Origin: a virus
Reading direction: 5' to 3' (one strand)
DNA: 64,000 nucleotides
IMG/VR virus record: IMGVR_UViG_3300045988_183117
Location: 51,641-115,640 of that record
In this document: positions 45,854 through 54,039 of the stretch, in pieces
Layout of the letters: every line of letters starts with the position of its first letter
How positions within the stretch are numbered: position 1 is the first letter of the stretch
The notes under the pieces: model-generated
The model's database searches: none
Seen by the model: the letters and a program-made list of their open reading frames with translations, nothing else
Told to the model about the DNA's origin: nothing
Program-made: the position numbers and the translations under genes

Positions 45854-47135
45854 AGATTAGATGCTCCCCTGTGCTTCCCTGCAAATACCCGTGTGGGTGT
45901 ATGGTGTGGTCTCCCTTGGCGTCACAATGAGAGAGAAACCGGTCTTTGTACATGACGGCTCGTTGTACGGAATAGTATCCGAACCGGTTCCGTATCCCGT
46001 CAATCGCGGATTCAAGCCGCTCGGTCTCTTCCTGCTTTTCGGCGCTGTACTCAAAAGATATCTGGTTTGGTTCCGTATCTGGCCGCAGGTCAATGGCACG
46101 CACGCCAACTGAGCGTAGGTGCTCACTCCACCGGTAGTTCTTCTTATACAGCTGGTAAGCTGCCTCCGCAATATCCTTTTCCTGCATCGTTGGCTGGCCG
46201 AGCTTGCACTGTCTCTCAAAAGAGAAAAGGCTGGAATCCCGGAGACTCACCTCTACGCCTCGGCATCGGAAATGGTTCTCTCTGAGCCGCGCAGCGACAC
46301 TTTCCGCGAGCAGATAAATAACAATCCAGACATCCCGGTTAGTCTTCAAGTCCCGTGGCGTTGTCCAGCTGTTTCCGATGCTCTTGATAGGTGCCTGAGC
46401 TTCCCTTCCCTCGTATTTCGCCACTGCTCCCGTGTCAAGGCCATTGGCGAATCCCCAAAGCATCGGGCCGATTTTCCCGAATTTTTCTTTCAGAAAGTTT
46501 GGATTGGCGGTCGCCAAATCACCGATTGTATGGATACAGTAGCTTGATAACTTTTTCCCCGTTCTGGACCCAACATACAGAAGGTCCGTGGCAGGCAGCG
46601 GGAACACGATATCTTTCCAGTTTGACCTTGATATAACGGTGGTGGCATCTGGCTTCTTGTAATCAGACCCCAACTTGGCAAAGACTTTATTCCAGCTCAC
46701 TCCGATGGAACAGGTAATGCCCAGTTCATTCTTCACGGTATCAGATACTTTCTTGGCTATCTCTTCCCCGCTTCCAAAGAGAGACCGGCTTGCGGTACAA
46801 TCGAGCCATGCTTCATCCAAGCCAAACGGTTCGACCATGTCAGAGTATCTGAGGAATATCTCTCTGGTATACCCACTGTACCTGGTATATAGGTCATAAT
46901 GAGCCGGAACAAAGATGATGTCACGGCAATGCTGCTGCGCTTCCCAGAGTGCCATCCCGGTTTTCACGCCCATCCGTTTGGCCGGATACGAGGCAGTCAA
47001 CACAATGCCGTTTCGCCTTTCCGGGTCACCACATACTGCAATCGGCTTCCCCTGCAGCTTTGGGTTATAGGCCATCTCCACGCTTGCATAAAAGCAATTC
47101 ATGTCACAATGAAGAATGATTCGTTCACTCGCCAC
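45834..47135 (-). CDS. Y-family translesion DNA polymerase (DinB/UmuC-like), GTG start
   Basis: HCDMNCFYASVE is the catalytic motif. GGAGGAGG lies 6 nt upstream of GTG. Confidence 0.85.
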   Translation of the reverse strand: MASERIILHCDMNCFYASVEMAYNPKLQGKPIAVCGDPERRNGIVLTASYPAKRMGVKTGMALWEAQQHCRDIIFVPAHYDLYTRYSGYTREIFLRYSDMVEPFGLDEAWLDCTASRSLFGSGEEIAKKVSDTVKNELGITCSIGVSWNKVFAKLGSDYKKPDATTVISRSNWKDIVFPLPATDLLYVGSRTGKKLSSYCIHTIGDLATANPNFLKEKFGKIGPMLWGFANGLDTGAVAKYEGREAQAPIKSIGNSWTTPRDLKTNRDVWIVIYLLAESVAARLRENHFRCRGVEVSLRDSSLFSFERQCKLGQPTMQEKDIAEAAYQLYKKNYRWSEHLRSVGVRAIDLRPDTEPNQISFEYSAEKQEETERLESAIDGIRNRFGYYSVQRAVMYKDRFLSHCDAKGDHTIHPHGYLQGSTGEHLIYVRTKN

Positions 47136-47162
47136 GATTGGCCTCCTCCGTCCGCTGCAACA

Positions 47163-47310
47163 CCTGTTGGTTGTTATTTATGTTCTGCTGGTTGTTATTG
47201 GTTGTTAATAGTATAGCAAATACAACCGTAAGTTGCAATATGTGCGGATAAAATAGAATTTGGAAGTCCAATCAAATACACTACAACCGGAAGTTATCGC
47301 CAGCGGTTGT
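47163..47310. repeat. Iteron-like repeats upstream of the Y-family polymerase: GGTTGTTA(TT) three times and the palindrome ACAACCG-N14-CGGTTGT
   Basis: Read directly from 47150-47310. Confidence 0.45.
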
Positions 47311-47370
47311 ATGGAACGGTTACTATTTTGTAATTCATGCATGACATTGACGTATGGCAAGTAGTTGGCA

Positions 47371-47408
47371 AAAGAAAAAGCCGCCCACCCGGTTATGGGT
47401 GAACGGCA
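47371..47408 (-). terminator. Rho-independent terminator after the zinc-ribbon genes
   Basis: GCCGCCCACCCGGTTATGGGTGAACGGC hairpin followed by TTTTTCTTTT on the minus strand. Confidence 0.5.
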
Positions 47409-47463
47409 GGAAACGCTATCTATGTAAAAAGACGACTGAGTTCGTCAGAGGTCTTGTAATCTA

Positions 47464-48804
47464 TCAGGCAGCTTTCTTTGCTGCGGTTTTATGGCTCTTC
47501 ATGTGCTTCAGAGCGTTGGCTTCAAGTTCCTTCTTGTTGGCATCATACCAAACCTCGAATTCCTTGAAGTTGTTCAGTGCCCAAATTTCAGGAGAAGCCT
47601 TACGGCCGTAAATCTCTTCCAACAGATTGATGACTTTACGACCAACTTCTTCCATGATTTCGGCATCGTATTTACCGTTACGGTAAAACCCTTCAGGCAT
47701 AACGATGTCGTATTTCGGGTCAAGGACTTCAAGTCCCGGCTCCAAAACGCGAATCATTGCATATCCTGCTTTGCGAGCTGCTTCGAACTTGAAACGGTCT
47801 TTTTGGGCTTTGTCTTTATGTGGATAGCTGCCGTTGTATTCGGCGCAGAATTTCTGAATATGGTCCACAAAGTCCAATCCCAAGTGGCCGTCTCCCAAGA
47901 TGTTTTGTACATCAGAGAAAGGATTAGCAATTCCGTTTTCACCTGCAAACGACAGCATAAAACGCACCACGAAACATTCCGGTTTGGAAATGGCGTTAAT
48001 TCTCCTCCTGTTGCAGTCGTAGCAGCCAGTGAAACCGTTGTTTACAGAATCGACAACACTTCCGATTTGGGCTTTGAATTCCTTGCCGCAATCAGGACAC
48101 TTGAAGATTGCCTTTTTATCGGTCTTGGCAGTAACTTCCAAGGCAGATTTTTCGTTTTTGTTACTCCACATGGCGGCAACTTTTGGGTATCTCGAAGCAA
48201 GGTCGTTGATACCGGGAACAACCTTGCGCCCGTTGCAAACAGGGCAACCAGTGGTTCCGTTTTCTACAGCATAGACAACATGTTCGATTTTGGTTTCGAA
48301 TTCTTTTCCGCAATCACGGCATTTGAAGAAGACCTTTTTGTTGCTCTTGACGGCAACTTCTGACGCGGATAACTTGTTTTTACCGCTCCACATAGCAGCA
48401 ATTTCCGGGTACTTCGACGCAAGGTCATTGACGCCGGGAACAATTTTTTTACCTGCGCAAACAGGGCAGCCCGTGAGGTTGTGGTTTACAGAACGAACAA
48501 CATTCTGAATCGTAGCTTCGAATTCCTGCCCACAGTCAGGGCAAACAAATGTGAGCTTCCTTTTACTCCCAGCAGTAACTTCAAAAGCAAAGTGCTTGTC
48601 TTTTTCACTCAGCATTGCAGCAACCTTAGGAGCAACAGTCGCCAAATCGTTTTCTCCCACAATCAGTTTTCTACTTTTTTTAGGGGGCTTAGCAGTTTTC
48701 TTTTCCTCTTCCTCGTACGGCATCTTAATACCAAGAGTCGGAACAGGAGCGCAAGCAGCGCAATTGCAGGTGTTGGCATGCATAACCTTCACAAAAGTAT
48801 TCAT
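47464..48804 (-). CDS. Protein with 4 tandem zinc-ribbon repeats and a C-terminal DUF559/Vsr-like endonuclease-fold domain
   Basis: Four repeats of the unit CPDCGxEF...GCPVC.G. The C-terminus GLDFVDH...DRFKFEAARKAGYAMIRV is DUF559-like. Start moved to MNTFVKV with RBS GAGGAGAAAAGAGG. Confidence 0.65.
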   Translation of the reverse strand: MNTFVKVMHANTCNCAACAPVPTLGIKMPYEEEEKKTAKPPKKSRKLIVGENDLATVAPKVAAMLSEKDKHFAFEVTAGSKRKLTFVCPDCGQEFEATIQNVVRSVNHNLTGCPVCAGKKIVPGVNDLASKYPEIAAMWSGKNKLSASEVAVKSNKKVFFKCRDCGKEFETKIEHVVYAVENGTTGCPVCNGRKVVPGINDLASRYPKVAAMWSNKNEKSALEVTAKTDKKAIFKCPDCGKEFKAQIGSVVDSVNNGFTGCYDCNRRRINAISKPECFVVRFMLSFAGENGIANPFSDVQNILGDGHLGLDFVDHIQKFCAEYNGSYPHKDKAQKDRFKFEAARKAGYAMIRVLEPGLEVLDPKYDIVMPEGFYRNGKYDAEIMEEVGRKVINLLEEIYGRKASPEIWALNNFKEFEVWYDANKKELEANALKHMKSHKTAAKKAA

Positions 48805-48927
48805 AATTATCCTCTTTTCTCCTCGTAACATTCGAGGCTTGCAATAAAAAGCAGCCACCATCCCCCCTTGCAGGAAGATGATAGCTGCTACATTCATAAG
48901 CCAACTTCGTATCAGATGGCTTTTTTA

Positions 48928-50097
48928 TTATTCTTCAGTAGCTTTCTGACCGTGATGAAGGGCGCCCCGGACAAACTGGTTCCAGCGAGCATGGTACAAA
49001 ACGAACCCGTCTTCAAACTCCACCGTGATGTTGTTGACACCATGATAAGCGGTGCAGGTGGCTTTGCTGCCATCCTTCATCGTCATCGTAGTGCCGACAG
49101 ATTTCGGAGAACCGTACTCGTCCTTGCGAGCTGCGTTGATGGCACGCTCCCGCAGTCTGCAATTGGGGCAGCAAGTAACACCGGACGCAATAGCCCGCGT
49201 CATGTTGTGGATGCTTGTCACAAACTCTTGTTTGCAATCGGGGCACACAAAAATGGCGCGTCTGGACGAACGGGCAGGAATTTCGCTGGGGGCGTAATCA
49301 TTCTTGCTGCTCCACATAGCAGCAGCTTTTGGATACATGGTCGCCAAATCGTTGACGCCGGAAATAGCCTTGCGACCTGCACAAACAGGGCAACCGGTAT
49401 TGTCATGCAACAAAGAATTGACGACGTTGCAAACGGGAGCCTTAAACTCCTGTTTGCAGTCGGGGCAGACAAACCATGCCATTTTGTTGTTGCCTGCAGA
49501 TATCTTACTGGGAGAGCAAGCGTTTTTGTCGCTCCACATGTTGGCTGCCGCAGGGCACTTTGTAGCTAAGTCATTGATTCCGGAAACCACTTTCAAACCA
49601 CGACAAACGGGACAACCGGTGCGATAACGCATCAAAGAGTTGACAACATTGCAAATGGAAGACTCAAACTCTTGTCCGCAATCAGGGCATACAAAGATGG
49701 CCTTTTTGTGGCTGCCTGCAGCTACTTCGCTGGGAGAGCAAGCGTTCTTGTCACTCCACATGGTAGCAGCCATAGGGCATTTGGTAGCCAAATCGTTGAT
49801 GCCGGAAACAATCTTTTTACCTGCACAAACAGGGCAACCAGTGTTACCGTTCATTACCGAACGAACAACACTAAAGATTTTGCTTTCAAATTCCTGCCCA
49901 CAGTCTGGGCAAACAAATGTGAACTTTCTTCTGCTTCCCGCAGCCACTTTACTGGGAGAGAAGGTGTTCTTGTCACTCCACATGGTAGCAGCCATAGGGC
50001 ATTTTGTAGCCACGTCATTGATGCCGGGGATAACGGGGATAACTTCCTTGGAATTGGTAGTGTTGGTGTTGATGTTGGTATTCATAGCGGTTTTCAT
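48928..50097 (-). CDS. Protein with 4 tandem zinc-ribbon repeats (paralog of 47464..48804)
   Basis: Four near-identical repeats AAMWSDKN..SPS.VAAGS.K..FVCPDCGQEF....VV.S...N.GCPVC.G.K. Start moved to MKTAMNT with RBS GAGGAGAAAGAG. Confidence 0.65.
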   Translation of the reverse strand: MKTAMNTNINTNTTNSKEVIPVIPGINDVATKCPMAATMWSDKNTFSPSKVAAGSRRKFTFVCPDCGQEFESKIFSVVRSVMNGNTGCPVCAGKKIVSGINDLATKCPMAATMWSDKNACSPSEVAAGSHKKAIFVCPDCGQEFESSICNVVNSLMRYRTGCPVCRGLKVVSGINDLATKCPAAANMWSDKNACSPSKISAGNNKMAWFVCPDCKQEFKAPVCNVVNSLLHDNTGCPVCAGRKAISGVNDLATMYPKAAAMWSSKNDYAPSEIPARSSRRAIFVCPDCKQEFVTSIHNMTRAIASGVTCCPNCRLRERAINAARKDEYGSPKSVGTTMTMKDGSKATCTAYHGVNNITVEFEDGFVLYHARWNQFVRGALHHGQKATEE

Positions 50098-50230
50098 AAC
50101 AGACTCTCTTTCTCCTCGTATTTTCGAGGCTTGTAGAATAAAAATAGCAGCTATCATTTTTACGATAACTGCTTCATATATGAGCATACGGCGTGCAGCC
50201 GAATGTCATGCTGGAATTGGATAGAGTGGC

Positions 50231-50581
50231 TTACTGCTCATCGAGCAGGATTCCACCGTGCTTGGCGATGATGGCATCGACAACAGTGAGCGGCACATAG
50301 CCGTACACTCCGTCATCACCATATTCGTCGAGTAATGGCTCGGACGGAGACGGGAACCCGACTTCTACGCTCACGTAGCTCCCCTCGTCGTCCTTCTGGC
50401 AGTAGTGCTCATCGGATGCCTGAATGGACATCTTGAAGCCATCTGCGCAGATTGCTTCGGGGCGGTTCTCGCGCATCGCCATCATAGCAGCAAATATGTT
50501 GCCGCTGCTCTTGGCAATCTTTTCCTTCTTCAGAAGGTCGGTAACGCGGATGAATTCGGCGGTGTTCATAATGGTGTTCAT
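50231..50581 (-). CDS. Hypothetical protein, paralog of 5445..5918
   Basis: The track's N-terminal extension overlaps promoter A15. Start moved to MNTIMNTAEF with RBS GAGGAAAG. Confidence 0.55.
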   Translation of the reverse strand: MNTIMNTAEFIRVTDLLKKEKIAKSSGNIFAAMMAMRENRPEAICADGFKMSIQASDEHYCQKDDEGSYVSVEVGFPSPSEPLLDEYGDDGVYGYVPLTVVDAIIAKHGGILLDEQ

Positions 50582-50690
50582 AGCTTTCCTCGACTTTCTC
50601 CGCATTACGCGGTCTTGCAACAAAAAAGACAGGTCACCCGATTGGTGCCTGTCTGAATTTGTCAGATTATGAATGGTTGATGTCGGTTTA

Positions 50691-50738
50691 TTATCTGTCG
50701 TACAACACTTATTGTATGCCGTTCGCAAGTTTCGTCAA
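50691..50738 (-). promoter_or_regulatory. Family A promoter A15 with downstream TTGTACGACAGATAA element
   Basis: TTGACG-AAACTTGCGAACGGCA-TACAAT, then 8 nt, then GTTGTACGACAGATAA. Confidence 0.5.
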
Positions 50739-50914
50739 ACATTTTTTCAAAAGAAAAAAGCCGCCCACCCGAAGGCAGACGGCTTGTAATTACTATTTTG
50801 TAATCCTTGTTTGCTTGCCGGGATATGCGAGCCAGATACAATAGGAGTTGTACAACAAATACTACATTGAAGTATTTGTGCAAAAACTATCCAAACGAAG
50901 GAGAACGAAAGAAC

Positions 50915-51577
50915 ATGAGAAACAAAAACCTGACCGCTGCCGCTGCTGTGGCAACCGCTGCAGCCCTGATGCTTGCCGGATGCGCTACTCAGAAGCCTGC
51001 CGCTTCCTCTTCCGAAGCAGCTTCTACCGCCCCGGCTGAAAGTTCTGTGGTTGAGGAGACTACGCCGGAGGAAGCGCCTTCCGAGGTTACTGATGTAGAC
51101 GAAGCTGCTGCAGAGGACCTGCTGTTGAGCACCGAGACGATGCACTACAGTGCTGATGATGAAGATGGCGTTGTTACCGTCCATAAGTACGATGAGAACG
51201 GCAATGAGGTTTTCATGCGTGAAATCGACAAAGCAAGTGATATGGACACCGTTATCATCAAAGAGCTGGACGAGAACGGCAATGTCCTGAAAATGACCTC
51301 CTACCTCAATGGCGAGCAAAACTATCTGTACACTCAGGTTTTTAACGACCACGGGGACCTGATTGAACGCGATGATGAGGATGGCAATCCTTCCATCGTG
51401 TGCCAGTATACCTATGATGACAACGGCCGGAAACTGAGCGAAGAGTCCTACACCTTGACACCTCCCACGATTGAAATCGTGGGATTCCTGGGCGGCGCGG
51501 CAAGGTTCATCACCAAACCGTATCTGAAACAGCGAGTTATGCGGTTTCCCATCATACGCTACGGGTGTAGCGCATGA
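50915..51577 (+). CDS. Lipoprotein with YD-type repeats
   Basis: LAGCATQK is the lipobox. DENGN repeats and YTYDDNGRKLSEE match the YD repeat. RBS GAAGGAGAACG. Confidence 0.65.
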   Translation: MRNKNLTAAAAVATAAALMLAGCATQKPAASSSEAASTAPAESSVVEETTPEEAPSEVTDVDEAAAEDLLLSTETMHYSADDEDGVVTVHKYDENGNEVFMREIDKASDMDTVIIKELDENGNVLKMTSYLNGEQNYLYTQVFNDHGDLIERDDEDGNPSIVCQYTYDDNGRKLSEESYTLTPPTIEIVGFLGGAARFITKPYLKQRVMRFPIIRYGCSA

Positions 51578-51718
51578 CGAGCATCCAGCCAAAATGGTTG
51601 ACCAACATACTTGTCTGCATTCCCAGTTCTTTTAAGTGCATCCTCCGAAGGGAGTTTCACCTCTTGCGAGGCAGCTCTCTAACGAGGAATGTGTCGAATT
51701 CCCCGAAAAACTATTATT

Positions 51719-53455
51719 TTAGAACCCTACGCTTGCAGGAAGATAGCTTTCAGCTTCCTGCAGGCGCTTTTTTGTATTTTCATGCATCTTCAAAAATGCA
51801 GGAAAAGCAGCTTTAAGAGCTTCGGTATCGTATTTTAGAGTTTCAGTATTTATATGGGCGAGCAGAAAAGCGGAATACAGGTCACGCTGGACTACTTCTC
51901 CGCTGCTGAGGTGTGCCATTCGCTCGGATAGTTTCTTTTTGGTATAACTTTCATCTGTACGGTCAAATTGCGAGGCTTTCGTTTCAAAAGTATTTACCTT
52001 GATAACGCTGCCGCCATAACGATTGGCTTTTTTGTTCAGGATGGAAATAAACATTGCGGGGGCGCAGCGGCTTAGAGACTTTCCGAACCGTTTTTTCGTA
52101 TGTGCTCTGCCAGTTTTAGCGTTGATTTTTGTTTCTTTGCTGCGCTTCTGCAATGCTTTATAGTTCATGTCTTCAACCACAAACTCGTTGCCATGCTGCA
52201 GCAATTCGTTAGCAAGGATGTTGTGCTCCATCTTACGGATATCAGCTAAGCGGCGGTTCATGTCCCGCAATTTTGCACGCAGACGATAATACCTTTTGCT
52301 GTATTTCCACTTGCGCTTTTGTTTTTGTCCATGCTGTCGCTTCAACCTTTTGATTGTACCATCCGGATTATAATATTTCGGATTTGTAACGCGGCGGGAG
52401 CGGTCCATTGCACGCTGTGTGCGAGCAATCTCATTTACGAGGCTTTTGGCCTGCGCTCTTGCCGATGGCGCGAGCACCATTAAATCGCAGATATCATTGC
52501 CGCTGACAGCAAGCGTCTGTGTGCCGATATCAAGACCTATGCGTCCTTGATTTACAGAATGCTTCATCACGCCGTTACCGTCGCACTTTGTGGGAGGATA
52601 GCCTTCTAAGATGAATTGTGCATAATACTTCCACTTGGTCTTAACCCATTTACGAGTGATGCGGCAGTATTTTACTCCACATTTGAGAGCTTCCTGCTGA
52701 TATTTTCCTGTCTGAGCTTTAGGATTACGCAACACAACAGGAAATTCATGCTTTCCGTACACAATGCGCAGGTTGCCTTTTCCGATAGTGGGCTTAATTT
52801 TTGCGATAGCGGCAGCAATTTCAGCTTCCATTTGTGGTTTTACCTCATCAGGAAGAACGACTTTCTTATCGTCTTTAGGGTCAGACCGCCCGTACATATC
52901 ATCGTATCGCTTCTCAACGGCTTTTTGCGCCTTGCGCTTAGCCGACTCTATATTGCTTGTAGTGAGGTTTGCCGGGCGAAGCACGATACCGGTAGCATTA
53001 TTCTTACCGGAAATCGAAGCTACATCTTCCAGCTTTTTATAATGGACAGCCTTCCCTTTGCTGAAGAAAAAGCCTTCCCAAGCCGTCCAGACGGCGGATG
53101 CAACATTCTGTGCTACATGAGAATTGATGGCAAAGTGCTTCGCGTACGGCACAACCATTTTATGAAAAGCGCCTTCCGAAAAGCCGGTCTCTTGAATCTT
53201 TTTCTGCCGCTGCTTGAGAAGGGCTTTCTGCTCCTCACTGTCAGGAACGGCTTTCGCAATGGCTGTCATTAAGTCACGATACTTGCGCGTCTTGCGCAAT
53301 TGGTGCCACATTTTTGTAGTCACACTCACAAGCTGATTGTAGATGACACCACACTTCTTGAACTCCTTATACAGATAGTCTTGCTCGTTGAGACTTATAT
53401 CAAGAGGCAATGTCAATACAAATGATGGCGTGCTATTCTTGCTCCCGAAAGCCAT
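51719..53455 (-). CDS. Solo TnpB-like (IS605 OrfB-family) RuvC nuclease, 578 aa, with no recognisable zinc finger
   Basis: RuvC-I is RIGLDIGTQTLAV, RuvC-II is FVVEDMNYKAL, RuvC-III-like is QRDLYSAFLL. There is no CxxC pair. A structured 140-nt 3' region is a possible omega-RNA. No adjacent tnpA. Confidence 0.65.
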   Translation of the reverse strand: MAFGSKNSTPSFVLTLPLDISLNEQDYLYKEFKKCGVIYNQLVSVTTKMWHQLRKTRKYRDLMTAIAKAVPDSEEQKALLKQRQKKIQETGFSEGAFHKMVVPYAKHFAINSHVAQNVASAVWTAWEGFFFSKGKAVHYKKLEDVASISGKNNATGIVLRPANLTTSNIESAKRKAQKAVEKRYDDMYGRSDPKDDKKVVLPDEVKPQMEAEIAAAIAKIKPTIGKGNLRIVYGKHEFPVVLRNPKAQTGKYQQEALKCGVKYCRITRKWVKTKWKYYAQFILEGYPPTKCDGNGVMKHSVNQGRIGLDIGTQTLAVSGNDICDLMVLAPSARAQAKSLVNEIARTQRAMDRSRRVTNPKYYNPDGTIKRLKRQHGQKQKRKWKYSKRYYRLRAKLRDMNRRLADIRKMEHNILANELLQHGNEFVVEDMNYKALQKRSKETKINAKTGRAHTKKRFGKSLSRCAPAMFISILNKKANRYGGSVIKVNTFETKASQFDRTDESYTKKKLSERMAHLSSGEVVQRDLYSAFLLAHINTETLKYDTEALKAAFPAFLKMHENTKKRLQEAESYLPASVGF

Positions 53456-54039
53456 AACAGCCCTCCTTTCCTTGATTGATTATACCGGTATTATAACATT
53501 TTTTTGATGCAAAAAGAAATCAAGTAGCTTTCTTATTTACAGATTGTACACATTCGTCTTTCTTAAAAACTCATGCACCAATTCCTCCCACCGCTCACGC
53601 AGTGGGCTTCCTTGGCGTGGATTTTGTGAAATGGCAGGCCCTCGTGTGTGATGTATGTTCCCATGCGACTTCCTCCGCGATGTTTTTTGGCTTCATTATA
53701 GCAGATAAAGCAAAAGAGAGCCACGGTTTCGTGACTCTCTACTTTTTTGTACATACGCCGATGCGAAGGAACACGGGATAAAGATAGCGCCCGACTGAGC
53801 CTACCAGCTCTTCTGGTCCACTAACACTGCCTTTTTCTCTTTGCAGCTGTCTGGCGTGATGAAAAGCCTCTATCGCAGCCACCTTAGCTTGGCATTTTCC
53901 GTTCTGCCAAGAATATCTTTGAGGACGGCCACATCCGAGCTGCAGCGCCGTTTGTTGAACGCCATGCCGAATCGGTCATCGACACATACAATCGGTATCA
54001 CTTGGTATTTACCCTCCTTGCTATCATTGTGCATCGTCT

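Noticed and set aside
45100-47463. LexA/Cheo box (GAAC-N4-GTTC) near the Y-family polymerase
   Set aside because: I searched by eye and found none. Only GGTTGTTA repeats and an ACAACCG palindrome are present.
47491-50224. Several 150-290-aa plus-strand ORFs (47491..48363, 48868..49569, 49640..50224)
   Set aside because: They are antisense to the zinc-ribbon repeat genes. Repeat-driven open frames are expected on the opposite strand.
50755-50790. Hairpin AAGCCGCCCACCCGAAGGCAGACGGCTT as a terminator
   Set aside because: It lies between promoter A15 and the start of a plus-strand gene. No gene on either strand ends there. It resembles the other GCCGCCCACCC terminators but its function at this position is unclear.
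50747-51592. 281-aa minus-strand ORF
   Set aside because: It is antisense to the plus-strand YD-repeat lipoprotein, which has a signal peptide, lipobox and RBS. The minus ORF is Gly/Ser/Cys-rich junk.
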